64,000 bases of DNA, taken from Chitinophagales bacterium (GTDB lineage: Bacteria; Bacteroidota; Bacteroidia; Chitinophagales; Chitinophagaceae). Below are positions 7,899-17,094 of the stretch, one piece after another (the stretch's first letter is position 1; each line of letters opens with the position of its first letter). Below the pieces are notes generated by a model that had not been told where the DNA came from, searched no databases, and saw only the letters and a program-made list of their open reading frames with translations. Location: assembly GCA_026936105.1 (NCBI GenBank), contig JAIXKI010000023.1, positions 35,484 through 99,483 of the forward strand, written 5' to 3'. The position numbers and the translations under genes were made by a program.

Positions 7899-9002
7899 TT
7901 AAGAAACATTCTCCTTTCTTTCTGTATAATCATGTGTTCCATAGTGGCGCAATATGAGAATATTACCATCTTTTGTGCAGGTGATTCTCATTTGCTGGTT
8001 AACTCTGAAATGGTATATACTCGTATTGCCTGAATAGGGCGTCAATTGTATTCCGCCACTAGATAATTTCTGAACGCCCCCGGTGCTTAATATTAATGAA
8101 ATAGATGCTAATAATTCCTGTATTTCTACCTTCTTCCTTTTATCGGTAAGTTTTTGAAAATCTTCTTTGAAACTCTGCTCATATTGTATGTTCGGAAGGA
8201 TTAATAAATCATCAGTCAAAACTTCACTTTTAATATTATTCCACGACAGAAGTCCCCAATTTGAAAGTCCGTAAACATGATCCCATAATTCAAGAAACAA
8301 TGTTTGAGGCAGGTTTGATATTTTATCTTTGGGTTGGTAATGATCATTTCCTAATAGTGTAAATAACAAAGCATTTTGTTTGAACAAATACTTATCAATG
8401 GAAACAGGTAATTTGGGTATTTCAATCAATCCGCCGCTTTCAAAAATATAAACTATCCGGTCTGCATAAAAAGTTCCAAAAGTATTTAAAAAACCCTGCA
8501 GGCTTTTAAAGCCGCCTGTCAGATTGAAAATTACTTCATACCGGCTTTCTCTATATTCAGGAATTGTATTATCAAGATATTCTAAGAGGTTTTTTATGCC
8601 TTTATCGAAATTGGATTTGGATTCAGTATTCAATTCCGGTACAGAATAAGAAATACATTGATGCCCTTTTTCTTTAATATACTGACTTACAATATCCATA
8701 GTTACTGCAGCTAAAAAAGTATCTGTACCAATTAATAAATGAATATCAGAGGCACTGTCGTTGTACTTATCGTAATAACTTAAAATTCCATTTAGTTCAG
8801 CACTGTAAGATTTGGCAATGCCATCATCGCCGGTCAGTAATGTTTTTATTAAAGTAGTTTTCAGTTCTTCTATTCGATTTTTAAATTGAACTGGAATTTC
8901 ATGTTCTTTCTTATTGGAGAAATCAATTATTTCATTTCTGAAAGCTTCATCTGCTTTTTTAGTAAGCAGGCTTGTGCCAATGGATGAAAGGATAACCTTC
9001 AT
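7899..9002 (-). CDS. CARF-RelE fusion (Cami1-like cOA-activated mRNA interferase)
   Basis: 367 aa. The N-terminal CARF carries SSIGTSLL and NLTGGFKSLQG. The C-terminal IYHFRVNQQMRITCTKDGNILILRHYGTHDY matches the RelE/ParE toxin signature (lRvGdyRiiy....i.il.v.hR). Confidence 0.75.
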   Translation of the reverse strand: MKVILSSIGTSLLTKKADEAFRNEIIDFSNKKEHEIPVQFKNRIEELKTTLIKTLLTGDDGIAKSYSAELNGILSYYDKYNDSASDIHLLIGTDTFLAAVTMDIVSQYIKEKGHQCISYSVPELNTESKSNFDKGIKNLLEYLDNTIPEYRESRYEVIFNLTGGFKSLQGFLNTFGTFYADRIVYIFESGGLIEIPKLPVSIDKYLFKQNALLFTLLGNDHYQPKDKISNLPQTLFLELWDHVYGLSNWGLLSWNNIKSEVLTDDLLILPNIQYEQSFKEDFQKLTDKRKKVEIQELLASISLILSTGGVQKLSSGGIQLTPYSGNTSIYHFRVNQQMRITCTKDGNILILRHYGTHDYTERKENVS

Positions 9003-9022
9003 AAGAATTATTTATAAGCTTC

Positions 9023-11098
9023 TTATTTAACAACATCGGTAGGTTCGGGTAGTACAGGTCGATTTTTATATTCATTAAGCTTAGTACCCTGCTCGCCATT
9101 ATAGTAGGGAGATTCAGAAGGCGGTTTAACTTCTATTTCCATATATCTTGTCCTGTCTAACCAGGCCTCTCCTGTCACATTATCCTGCTTAAATTGCAGC
9201 ATGGTTTTGAGTTGTTTCAGGCGTGGCACTTCCCAAAGGGATTTTGCATTGTTTTTTTCTTTGTCAGTCAGTTTGCTTAAAACGTAGGTTTCAAACTGGA
9301 TTTTAAAGTCGTTTGTACTCTTATCTTTTTGCTCCGACAAAAACCATTTACTATTACCATCAAATATTTTTTTATAACGTTCCTGCCTGTCTGATAAAAC
9401 AAGCGTAGGCTCAATTTGCACAGAGCCTAAGCCAAGTGGTTTACCCATGCCGAGTTTGTGGCAATATTTTTCTTTTTCATTTTCTTTGGGCAATTCCAGC
9501 ACAAAAAGCAGGCAGCCGAGTTCTTCGGTGCTGAGGTTTTCGAAGCGGATTTTTGATTTAAAAAGAACATTCTCTTTTACGGGTATTATTGTGCCTGGAT
9601 GACTTTTTGTTTTTATGCCTGACTTTTCTACCCATGAATACGGTGCCTGGTTATCATGCGGTGTCTTTCTATGCCAATACAATTTGCTGCCCCTAATAAG
9701 TGCTTCTTTATCATTCCAATGTTTAAGCTGCTTTAACGGCGTGCCTGTTTTAAAAGGCTGTTCCAAATAATGCTGAAAAGTAGTAGGCTTGGGGGAAGAT
9801 AGAATTTTGGGTTGATACGGTGAACCTGGAAGTTTCCACTCAGTTTCTTCAGTATTTGCATCTTCAAAAAATACCCGTGAGGCAAATTCTTTCCTTTCAT
9901 CCTTTGACTTATCATCAGGCTTCTGACTTTTCTCTTTTAAAAACCCGAAAATAGCTTCCGCCATATCAAGTGTATATTTCCTGTGTTCCAAGGGCAGGTG
10001 GTCTTTTACTGAATAGTCATAAGGTATGCGGTATCTTTCTGTATGCCCGAAAGAAATGATTGTACCGCCCTTTGCAAAATAGAAAACCGGTATGCCGTCA
10101 TCTTTGAATTTATCTTCACGGTGCAATTTTTCAATTACATCATAATATTGATTTTCGTTCTTTCCTTTTTCATATTTTTTTGCATCAGTTTCGTCATTTA
10201 TATAGGCTTTAATAACCTCTTCGTCAACTAAAAAAGGCTTAACTTTTACGTCCGGTAACTCAAACAAATAATGGTGATACTTGTTATTCATCATGCCTGT
10301 ATAAACTTTCCATCCTTTCTCAACTTTTTCATACGTGAACTTCTTTTCAGAATAATTGTGATCTTCAAACCTTGAAGCTTTTACAGGTCGGATATAATAC
10401 CTATCCTCATTCTTCTTATGGAATAAATACCCATGAAGGATGTCATCGTGGTTGACTGGTACTTTTTTATTGTACAACTCTTTCAGGCTACTCCTGTCTG
10501 CCATTCCTCTTTGTGAGAATCTTTTATCATCGCTAAATCCAAGCTTAGAATAACTCACAATTTCTGCCAGCGTTCTTATCATTCCCCTCAAAGAACTTCC
10601 CGGTATAACAGGCTGTTCGTTTATAACGAAAAAATTTTCCATTTCGCCTCTTATAAATAAAGGCGTTTTTGTTGTAATGTTTAAATCAATATAGCCCGTA
10701 TATCTATTATCATAATATTTATCAAAATCCGGAATATCCTGTGCCGGAATTACTGTTTCGTTTAACGGCACAAAATTGTATGGCGCCCTTGCGGGGTCTT
10801 GAATGTTTTTTCGTGAATCTGGCACAGCACTAGATTGGCGTTGCTGGTTATGGCGTTGACCTTGATATTGTGTCTGGTGTTGTTGCTGTGAACGTTGTGG
10901 TTGGCCTTGCTTTTTTACATAATCTTTCCCTTCAAACCTGATAAGTTTCACAGGCCCGCCGTTGTTATCGAATTCAATTTCTTTCCCATTCATATCATCG
11001 GTTAATCCAAAATCGCCCATAACGGGCATTGGATTTTTAATGCCATCACCGGTAATTTTCCATGTATTTTTTTCTTTAATTAGTTTTCCTTTTTTCAT
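9023..11098 (-). CDS. Large RAMP (Cas7-like with insertions, TIGR03986-like) carrying an extra N-terminal domain and a Gln-rich linker
   Basis: 691 aa. It has the APYNFVPL start motif of the TIGR03986 RAMP family at aa ~105, the IPGSSLRGMIRTL RAMP motif, and the C-terminal glycine loop KLGMGKPLGLGSVQIEP. Residues 1-104 are additional. Confidence 0.72.
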   Translation of the reverse strand: MKKGKLIKEKNTWKITGDGIKNPMPVMGDFGLTDDMNGKEIEFDNNGGPVKLIRFEGKDYVKKQGQPQRSQQQHQTQYQGQRHNQQRQSSAVPDSRKNIQDPARAPYNFVPLNETVIPAQDIPDFDKYYDNRYTGYIDLNITTKTPLFIRGEMENFFVINEQPVIPGSSLRGMIRTLAEIVSYSKLGFSDDKRFSQRGMADRSSLKELYNKKVPVNHDDILHGYLFHKKNEDRYYIRPVKASRFEDHNYSEKKFTYEKVEKGWKVYTGMMNNKYHHYLFELPDVKVKPFLVDEEVIKAYINDETDAKKYEKGKNENQYYDVIEKLHREDKFKDDGIPVFYFAKGGTIISFGHTERYRIPYDYSVKDHLPLEHRKYTLDMAEAIFGFLKEKSQKPDDKSKDERKEFASRVFFEDANTEETEWKLPGSPYQPKILSSPKPTTFQHYLEQPFKTGTPLKQLKHWNDKEALIRGSKLYWHRKTPHDNQAPYSWVEKSGIKTKSHPGTIIPVKENVLFKSKIRFENLSTEELGCLLFVLELPKENEKEKYCHKLGMGKPLGLGSVQIEPTLVLSDRQERYKKIFDGNSKWFLSEQKDKSTNDFKIQFETYVLSKLTDKEKNNAKSLWEVPRLKQLKTMLQFKQDNVTGEAWLDRTRYMEIEVKPPSESPYYNGEQGTKLNEYKNRPVLPEPTDVVK

Positions 11099-11618
11099 TG
11101 TCAGAATTTTTTATTGCAAATTCAACAAATCTACTATCTACATAGCCCGCCTGCCGAATATCATCGGTATAACCAATATAGTTACGGGTTCTAAGAAATA
11201 TATCTTCCGAATTAAACTTCTCATTGTTTTTTAAAGGATGGGCAATAACGCTTCGAAGTTTCATATCGGTTTCTATATATTCCATTTCCTTACCCGCATC
11301 ATCTGTTCTTAATCTGCCTTTTAATTCGTTGCCGCTTCGCCAGATATGAATTTCTTTTGTCTCAGTAAAAGCCCGTATGCGAACGATATTATCTTTTTTA
11401 ATTTCTTCTTCCGAATAAACTTGTTTGTTTTTTTTTGAATCGTATAACCAGCTGACTTTTTTGTTTTTGACCTCTCCTACAAATACGCCATGATGCTGCC
11501 AGAGAACGATGTACCCTTCTTTAATTTCTTCAGCTACTACCACAATAGAGGTATAGTTATACTCTACTGAATTACTCTTAATAGGTTTTGCAACATATCT
11601 TGTTCCTTCTTTACTCAT
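11076..11618 (-). CDS. csx19: Small cas-operon protein, possibly Csx19 (call based on position only)
   Basis: 180 aa. It lies between two Cas7-type genes, as csx19 does in type III-D loci. It overlaps the downstream gene by 23 nt. I recognise no motif directly. Confidence 0.4.
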   Translation of the reverse strand: MSKEGTRYVAKPIKSNSVEYNYTSIVVVAEEIKEGYIVLWQHHGVFVGEVKNKKVSWLYDSKKNKQVYSEEEIKKDNIVRIRAFTETKEIHIWRSGNELKGRLRTDDAGKEMEYIETDMKLRSVIAHPLKNNEKFNSEDIFLRTRNYIGYTDDIRQAGYVDSRFVEFAIKNSDNEKRKTN

Positions 11619-11619
11619 T

Positions 11620-13083
11620 TTATTCAGTTTTCAGGTTGTTAATAAATGTTTGTTCCCACTCAGTAATTGTTGGCAATAAATCCTGCTTTTTAAATGTTAT
11701 TATTCCATTTTCACCGGCTTCTATTACCAATTGTTTTCCACCATAATTCACGGTGGCATGCCTGCCGGTAAGGATACCCCTGCCAATGCTTTTTTCCCCG
11801 CCTATAGGCAGGTCGGCAGTCCACAGGTCTTTCAGCAAATGCAGCAACAGCAAAGCATCAGTTTCTTTAAATTCTTTGCCGGAGAGAGCAAAATCTAAGA
11901 TCAGTTTGCCTTCTTCCCCGTTTTTGTTTTTCCACAATGGCTTGGAATTGAATAAAGCCCCGCTCATAGTGCCGCCGGTAAACCTGTCAATTTTTATCCG
12001 GTTTTGCGTCATTCCTTTTCCTGCAATATAGTTTTCTTCCACCCGGAGTTTTCCCCGAATTTCATCTTTTTCCTGATTTTGATTTTCTACATATCCAAAC
12101 AGTTCTTTTATCTTTTCTTCTGCATTGTCTATTGGCAGTGTATTGAGTATTTTCAATGCCCTGTGCCTGATAGCGCCTCTGACGGATTTGCCTGTTAATA
12201 CATTTTTGCTGTTGCTTTTCAAATGTGTTTTATCGGGTTCCTTAGCATCAATGCCGTAAGCCCCAATAATGATGGAATTTTTAATGCCGAATTCTGCATA
12301 AATATTAAATGATTTCAAAGGACATTTTATTTCTGAAATCTTTATACTTTCGAAACCAGGTCTTATATCATAGTACTCTTTTTCCCATACACATCTTTCC
12401 TCCAATGCTTTCAAATATGTAAACCATTCTTCCGAACGATTTAATTTTTTGTCTGAAAAATCAAAATACCAGGCATTGAAACCGGAGCATTGAATTTTAC
12501 CAAAGCCTGTATTGGTTTGTGCACCAATCCTGAAACTATCATCGTTTAAAATGGCTGATATGTAACTAATGTATTCCTCAAAAATCTTAGGATTGCTTAT
12601 TACTTTTCTTACGGTTACTTCCGCTCTTAGATTAAAAGTAATTTCCGGTTCCAGCAACTCGTAATCGTACTTTGCCTTTTTTTCTGTGATGCCGGTTTTG
12701 TAATCAATTTTTATCCCATCCCGCCGGGTTATTTTATTTTTAGTATCACAAGTGGTAAGCAGATCGTCTATTACAAAATGGCATTGATATTGGTCCGGGT
12801 CGGGTTTCCCGTTAATTTTTTTCTGCCCTGTACCCCAAAAAAACTTTGCTTCTTTTGTCTTCATTTTAGTTTCACCATACCATTCTGCAAAATGCTGTTT
12901 TAAAACGCCGGCGAAAGTAGATGCAGGAATGTAGGGCTTTCCATCAGGAAGGCGCATTATTTCAATATCTGCAACATCACCTATACCTTTACCAATAAGC
13001 ACAGGTGTTAATGTTTTTATTTCGGCATGTATTATGTATCTGCCGATTATCTTATGTTGTTCTTTATATAAGCAATCACCCAT
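11620..13083 (-). CDS. Double RAMP protein (Cas7-Cas7 fusion, Csm3/Cmr4-like)
   Basis: 487 aa. The first RAMP has TPVLIGKG...GKPYIPASTFAGVLKQ. The second has LTGKSVRGAIRHRALK, KIDRFTGGTMSGALF and IGGEKSIGRGIL. Confidence 0.78.
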   Translation of the reverse strand: MGDCLYKEQHKIIGRYIIHAEIKTLTPVLIGKGIGDVADIEIMRLPDGKPYIPASTFAGVLKQHFAEWYGETKMKTKEAKFFWGTGQKKINGKPDPDQYQCHFVIDDLLTTCDTKNKITRRDGIKIDYKTGITEKKAKYDYELLEPEITFNLRAEVTVRKVISNPKIFEEYISYISAILNDDSFRIGAQTNTGFGKIQCSGFNAWYFDFSDKKLNRSEEWFTYLKALEERCVWEKEYYDIRPGFESIKISEIKCPLKSFNIYAEFGIKNSIIIGAYGIDAKEPDKTHLKSNSKNVLTGKSVRGAIRHRALKILNTLPIDNAEEKIKELFGYVENQNQEKDEIRGKLRVEENYIAGKGMTQNRIKIDRFTGGTMSGALFNSKPLWKNKNGEEGKLILDFALSGKEFKETDALLLLHLLKDLWTADLPIGGEKSIGRGILTGRHATVNYGGKQLVIEAGENGIITFKKQDLLPTITEWEQTFINNLKTE

Positions 13084-15235
13084 TATTCTCCTCCTTTAAT
13101 TTTTTAAGTTTTCTAAGCATCCTGAAGAAAGTAAGCCAATAAATTGTATCATGGTCATCGTCAAACATAAATTTATGGTCTCTATTAACAAGCCCAACTT
13201 TTGACAATTTCTCGCCTGCAGGTTTCCCCATAGTATCTTTTATCCAGTTTTGCACTTCGGCTCCGGTTGCTTTCGTTTCAATCATTCTTTCCATCCGGCC
13301 TATAAGATGGTTGCTTAAATCAAGGTATTTTTTTTGTTGAGCATCTTTTATCGCATTGGCCTTCTTGCTGGTATTCTTTTCAACTTGTTTGTATTGGGCC
13401 AGAATGTCATCAAGTATTTTAACAGACGCATTATTTCCCGTTGGTTTATTTCCTTCTGCTTCGTGTTTTTTAAAGATGTCAATAGCTTTATACGATTCAA
13501 AGCGGATTTTACCAAAACCCTGTTCCTTGTATTCACCTAAGCCTTCTTTGGTTGCTTTTTGAATAGCGGTTTCAATATCTGTTGCACTCTTTAAATTAAG
13601 AACAAAAGCACTACCTTCTTTGTAAGCCGGCATCTTTGACGATTTGGATTGCCATACGGCATTGTATTGTTCTACAGTAGTAAAGGCTGCTGCAACGTCA
13701 AGAGTTTTAGTTTCTCCATTTTCCACAAATCCAGCCAATGAAAAATATTTTTTTAATTCCGTTAGTAAATTTTTGCCGTTTGCCTCCGCTTCACCATACT
13801 CATTAAGAAGAATCAAAGGGGTTTCCAATATCAATAAATATGTATTGGAGGAATTAGCATTATTGGTATCCGCTCCAATATTTCCCTTCATTCCTAACCC
13901 ATTGCTATTGGAATTATTAGTTGTTTCTGTTTCTTTAAAGACTAATTCTACTTCGCCATATTGTGCGGAACGGCTGCGCCCAATCTGTAATTTTATTTTG
14001 TTGCCAATCGTTTGAACCAATTTGTTTAACAACTTTACGTCACCTTTAATTTTTCCCAAAAAGACTTGTTCTTCGTCAAGTGCTTCATAATAAAAAATAC
14101 TACCGCCTTCTTTTTCTTCTTCCAGGCTTTTTCCTGCTGAACGATTGGGCCTTGAATTATGGAAGAAAAAAGTTGTGTGGGGCTTTGAAATTAATATATT
14201 ACTGCCGTTAATTGTGCCAAAGCCTCCTTCCGGCTTGGTAATTTCATCTTTTTTGTCTTCAGGCTTCTTAAAAACATTCACTAAATCGTCTTCCGCTTTT
14301 TTATTTTTATACTTATGAATATGCAGTGGCAAAGGAGTAGAGCCATTATAGTATAATGATTCAAAGGAAACTTTACCGGATAAAAAAATATTGAAGAAAG
14401 AATCATCTTTATGTGCATTTTTAAAGGTAAGAGCCGCCTGCTTGATGTATTGAGAGGCAAGTAAGCCCCGCAACCGGTTGCCGCTGATTATTTTTTCAGT
14501 AAATACAGTATTTTTTTCTCCCAACTGCTGCGATAAAACTACGGGTGATAGTGTCCTTATTTCTATATCTATTGTGTCACTGTTTGCTTCAAAATCTTTC
14601 CCTAATTCATTAGAGGAAGAAAAATCAATACTACATTTAATTTTTCCAAATCCCCTGTTACGTCTTGTGCCTGCATACCGGAAATTTAAGACAGCCTCAT
14701 TAAACAACTCCTTCTCTTCTTGTTCCAGCGGTTCATTTTCACCAATATTTCCTTCAAATATCAATGGCTTAGTTTCATTTTTATTAAAAAGAAATGATTT
14801 TATAACCCTGTAATTTCGGAGGCTTGTTGGCTTTGCAATCCCATTCACAATAGCAGTTTGTTGAATTTCTGTTGTATAGAACTGTTTTATATTTTCATCG
14901 GAATACACAAACGGATTTTTTTCCATTTTATCAGGTAATGCCTGTTTAACATTCTCCCAATCCTGGACATAAAAATTTCTAAACCCAAGCTTACCTTCAT
15001 TTTGTTCAGCGCCTTCTTTTCCAAAGAGAGTATTTACTTTTTTGCATATCTCTGTTTCATCATATCCTTTCATCTCCATTACTTCAAAAAGGTTTTCTTT
15101 TAGTAAGCCTTTTACTCTCCTGCCAGGCAGATAAGGAAAGCCGGTTTTGTGAAACACAATATCTGTATCAATCAGACTACCTCCTTCACCCGAACCTGCC
15201 AGCATGTATGATTGAAGTGTAATTTTCAGTTTCAT
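13076..15235 (-). CDS. csx10: Fusion of a Cas7-like RAMP, a Csx10 (Cas5-like) RAMP and a helical C-terminal tail (possible Cas11-like small subunit)
   Basis: 719 aa. Domain 1 has LAGSGEGG..FPYLPGRRVKGLLKE ... RNRGFGKIK. Domain 2 has IRTLSPVVL...IISGNRLRGLLASQ ... GRSRSAQYGEVEL ... EQGFGKIRF. The last ~110 aa are predicted helical from composition. Start and stop overlap the neighbouring genes. Confidence 0.68.
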   Translation of the reverse strand: MKLKITLQSYMLAGSGEGGSLIDTDIVFHKTGFPYLPGRRVKGLLKENLFEVMEMKGYDETEICKKVNTLFGKEGAEQNEGKLGFRNFYVQDWENVKQALPDKMEKNPFVYSDENIKQFYTTEIQQTAIVNGIAKPTSLRNYRVIKSFLFNKNETKPLIFEGNIGENEPLEQEEKELFNEAVLNFRYAGTRRNRGFGKIKCSIDFSSSNELGKDFEANSDTIDIEIRTLSPVVLSQQLGEKNTVFTEKIISGNRLRGLLASQYIKQAALTFKNAHKDDSFFNIFLSGKVSFESLYYNGSTPLPLHIHKYKNKKAEDDLVNVFKKPEDKKDEITKPEGGFGTINGSNILISKPHTTFFFHNSRPNRSAGKSLEEEKEGGSIFYYEALDEEQVFLGKIKGDVKLLNKLVQTIGNKIKLQIGRSRSAQYGEVELVFKETETTNNSNSNGLGMKGNIGADTNNANSSNTYLLILETPLILLNEYGEAEANGKNLLTELKKYFSLAGFVENGETKTLDVAAAFTTVEQYNAVWQSKSSKMPAYKEGSAFVLNLKSATDIETAIQKATKEGLGEYKEQGFGKIRFESYKAIDIFKKHEAEGNKPTGNNASVKILDDILAQYKQVEKNTSKKANAIKDAQQKKYLDLSNHLIGRMERMIETKATGAEVQNWIKDTMGKPAGEKLSKVGLVNRDHKFMFDDDHDTIYWLTFFRMLRKLKKLKEENNG

Positions 15236-16833
15236 TTATTTAAAAGTTTGAAAGGATAAAAATCTTTTAATTCAATTATGTCATAATAGGGGGTTATTTT
15301 CACCTCTTTCCCGTCATTTTTTTCATTATCTATTCTCTGCCATAGTGTTGTATCAACATCAGTATTTTCATATTTTGGCAAATAAAGTCCTCTTGCTCTT
15401 GTTTCTGTTATAAATAAATCTTGTTGAGCTTTGCTTTCTTTCAGCATGCTTCGTAATTCCATAATCTTATTATTAGGCCATTTATTGGTTATTTCTTTTA
15501 TTCTGTCTTTGAGAATTTTTATGGTGGATGCCTGTTTGTCCACCCTGTATGCCTTCATACGAAGCCTCTTTTTATCAGGAGTAGTGTATTGTTGATGTTC
15601 AATATCATTCAGGCTTCCTGCGAAACCGCCTGCCGAAATGAGATAACTTAACCATGACGACTTTTCTGTGTCTCTCGAAACTTCTTTTGCCTGTCTGGTA
15701 AGTTCTTCAGCTAACTGGTAAGCCTTATAAAACGGGTAGTGTGTTTTTACAATTGCAACCCCGCCGCAGGCAGATAAGCCTTCTTCTGTTCCATTTGGAA
15801 GAGTAATTTTTTCAGCATTCAAAAATGCTATTAGCTTTTCAGCAAGATGAACACCTAATTTTCCATGACAAATAAAGGTGAAGTCATCTCCGGCTGTTAT
15901 CAGGGGGCGTATTGGCAGAATTTTACGGCCCTGCCATTCTTTTTTCCAATCGCTTTTATTATCTCCGTAAGTGTTTAATTCAAATCCTTCGTCTTTCCCT
16001 AAGGCATCTTCGCCTTCAAACAAGCTAATTGTATAATCAATCAGCATTTTCATTACCCTATTAGCAATGCCGTTTACTTGTTTTGAGAGGCAACGTAAGT
16101 CTTTCAGCCATTCGCACTCCATAAATTTTTTCCCTATCCCGTTACCATCCACATGCACTATGGCTACATAACCTTTTTCCTGAGTTTGTCCCAACCTGTC
16201 AATCTCATCTGTAAATATGTACCCTCCTTTTAATTCACTTTTAAAATTTATTGCCAGGTTTTCTTGTGAAATTTCAGCTTTCTCAATTTTTACTTTTGAA
16301 GCAATTGAAATCCATTGTTGGGTAGAATCGTTGAATACTTCCTTTGCTTCATTAGCTAAAGGGCAATCATCAACAATGCCATGTTTTATGGGAGAGACAT
16401 TTAAATTATATAATGCTTTGTTTTGAATGAGAGCCTGTGCTAATTTTCCTTTTTCTGCTTTGAATTCTTTCTCATTAAAATCATTCTTGACTCCAAAAGC
16501 CATTCGTAATCCCGGAAATTTCTCCAGAATTGTTTTTGAATATGCTTTAATGAAATTCTTTGCGGTTTCAGTATCCTGAAATAGGAGCATTGCATTGCCA
16601 CCGCCTACATAGACTTTCCTTGCGTTAAAATTATATTCATGAGATGGTGGCGTTTCACAATTTTCCCAAGCATGAAAAATACTGTTACCGGCAACTTGCT
16701 TGAGCGCTTCATCCATTACTTCCTTATAAAGCAACTCTTCAATAATATAAGATGCTCCTATATTTTCCTTTAGCTTATTGCCGTTAAAAACATATTGCTG
16801 AATGGAAACGGTGTCAATAATTACAGCAGTCAT
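15232..16833 (-). CDS. cas10: Cas10 (type III large subunit) without an HD nuclease domain
   Basis: 533 aa. It starts directly with the palm-domain motif IIDTVSIQQYVFNGNKLKENIGASYIIEELL (compare DlSGIQ.FIy...LK.lRGrS). Other motifs are VGGGNAMLLF, VHVDGNGIGKKF and the cyclase motif ITAGDDFTFICHG (GGDD with the first G replaced by A). No H..HD segment is present at the N-terminus. Confidence 0.85.
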   Translation of the reverse strand: MTAVIIDTVSIQQYVFNGNKLKENIGASYIIEELLYKEVMDEALKQVAGNSIFHAWENCETPPSHEYNFNARKVYVGGGNAMLLFQDTETAKNFIKAYSKTILEKFPGLRMAFGVKNDFNEKEFKAEKGKLAQALIQNKALYNLNVSPIKHGIVDDCPLANEAKEVFNDSTQQWISIASKVKIEKAEISQENLAINFKSELKGGYIFTDEIDRLGQTQEKGYVAIVHVDGNGIGKKFMECEWLKDLRCLSKQVNGIANRVMKMLIDYTISLFEGEDALGKDEGFELNTYGDNKSDWKKEWQGRKILPIRPLITAGDDFTFICHGKLGVHLAEKLIAFLNAEKITLPNGTEEGLSACGGVAIVKTHYPFYKAYQLAEELTRQAKEVSRDTEKSSWLSYLISAGGFAGSLNDIEHQQYTTPDKKRLRMKAYRVDKQASTIKILKDRIKEITNKWPNNKIMELRSMLKESKAQQDLFITETRARGLYLPKYENTDVDTTLWQRIDNEKNDGKEVKITPYYDIIELKDFYPFKLLNK

Positions 16834-17094
16834 ACATTTGGTTTAATACTTAATAATTTATTCGCAATTAAATTAGACTATTAAGTTAAAAACAATGAAA
16901 CACGATATTCAGCACATTTTCATGAGTAATTCAGAAGGATAAAGAATCAGAGTGGAAAAGAAAGAAAAGTAAGGAAAGGTAATAAAAAAACATATTATAC
17001 GAAAATGAAAATAGTTAAGACCAATCTTTTGTATATTGTCATTTTTGTATTTATATTATGGTCTATAATATTAATCATGATGCCATCGGTCTTG

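Noticed and set aside
13644-14015. Long antisense ORFs inside the cas genes (for example 13644-14015, 3022-3495, 4969-5439, 14478-14813) and inside many core genes
   Set aside because: They lie fully within stronger opposite-strand genes that carry recognisable motifs. Their products are low-complexity or hydrophobic, as expected from reading AT-rich coding sequence in reverse. There are no independent signals.
17005-17094. Hydrophobic N-terminus (MKIVKTNLLYIVIFVFILWSIILIMM...) that would make ORF 17005-17256 a membrane protein
   Set aside because: The downstream part of the same frame is clearly a transposase HTH remnant. The hydrophobic start is most simply read-through of AT-rich non-coding DNA upstream of the truncated fragment.
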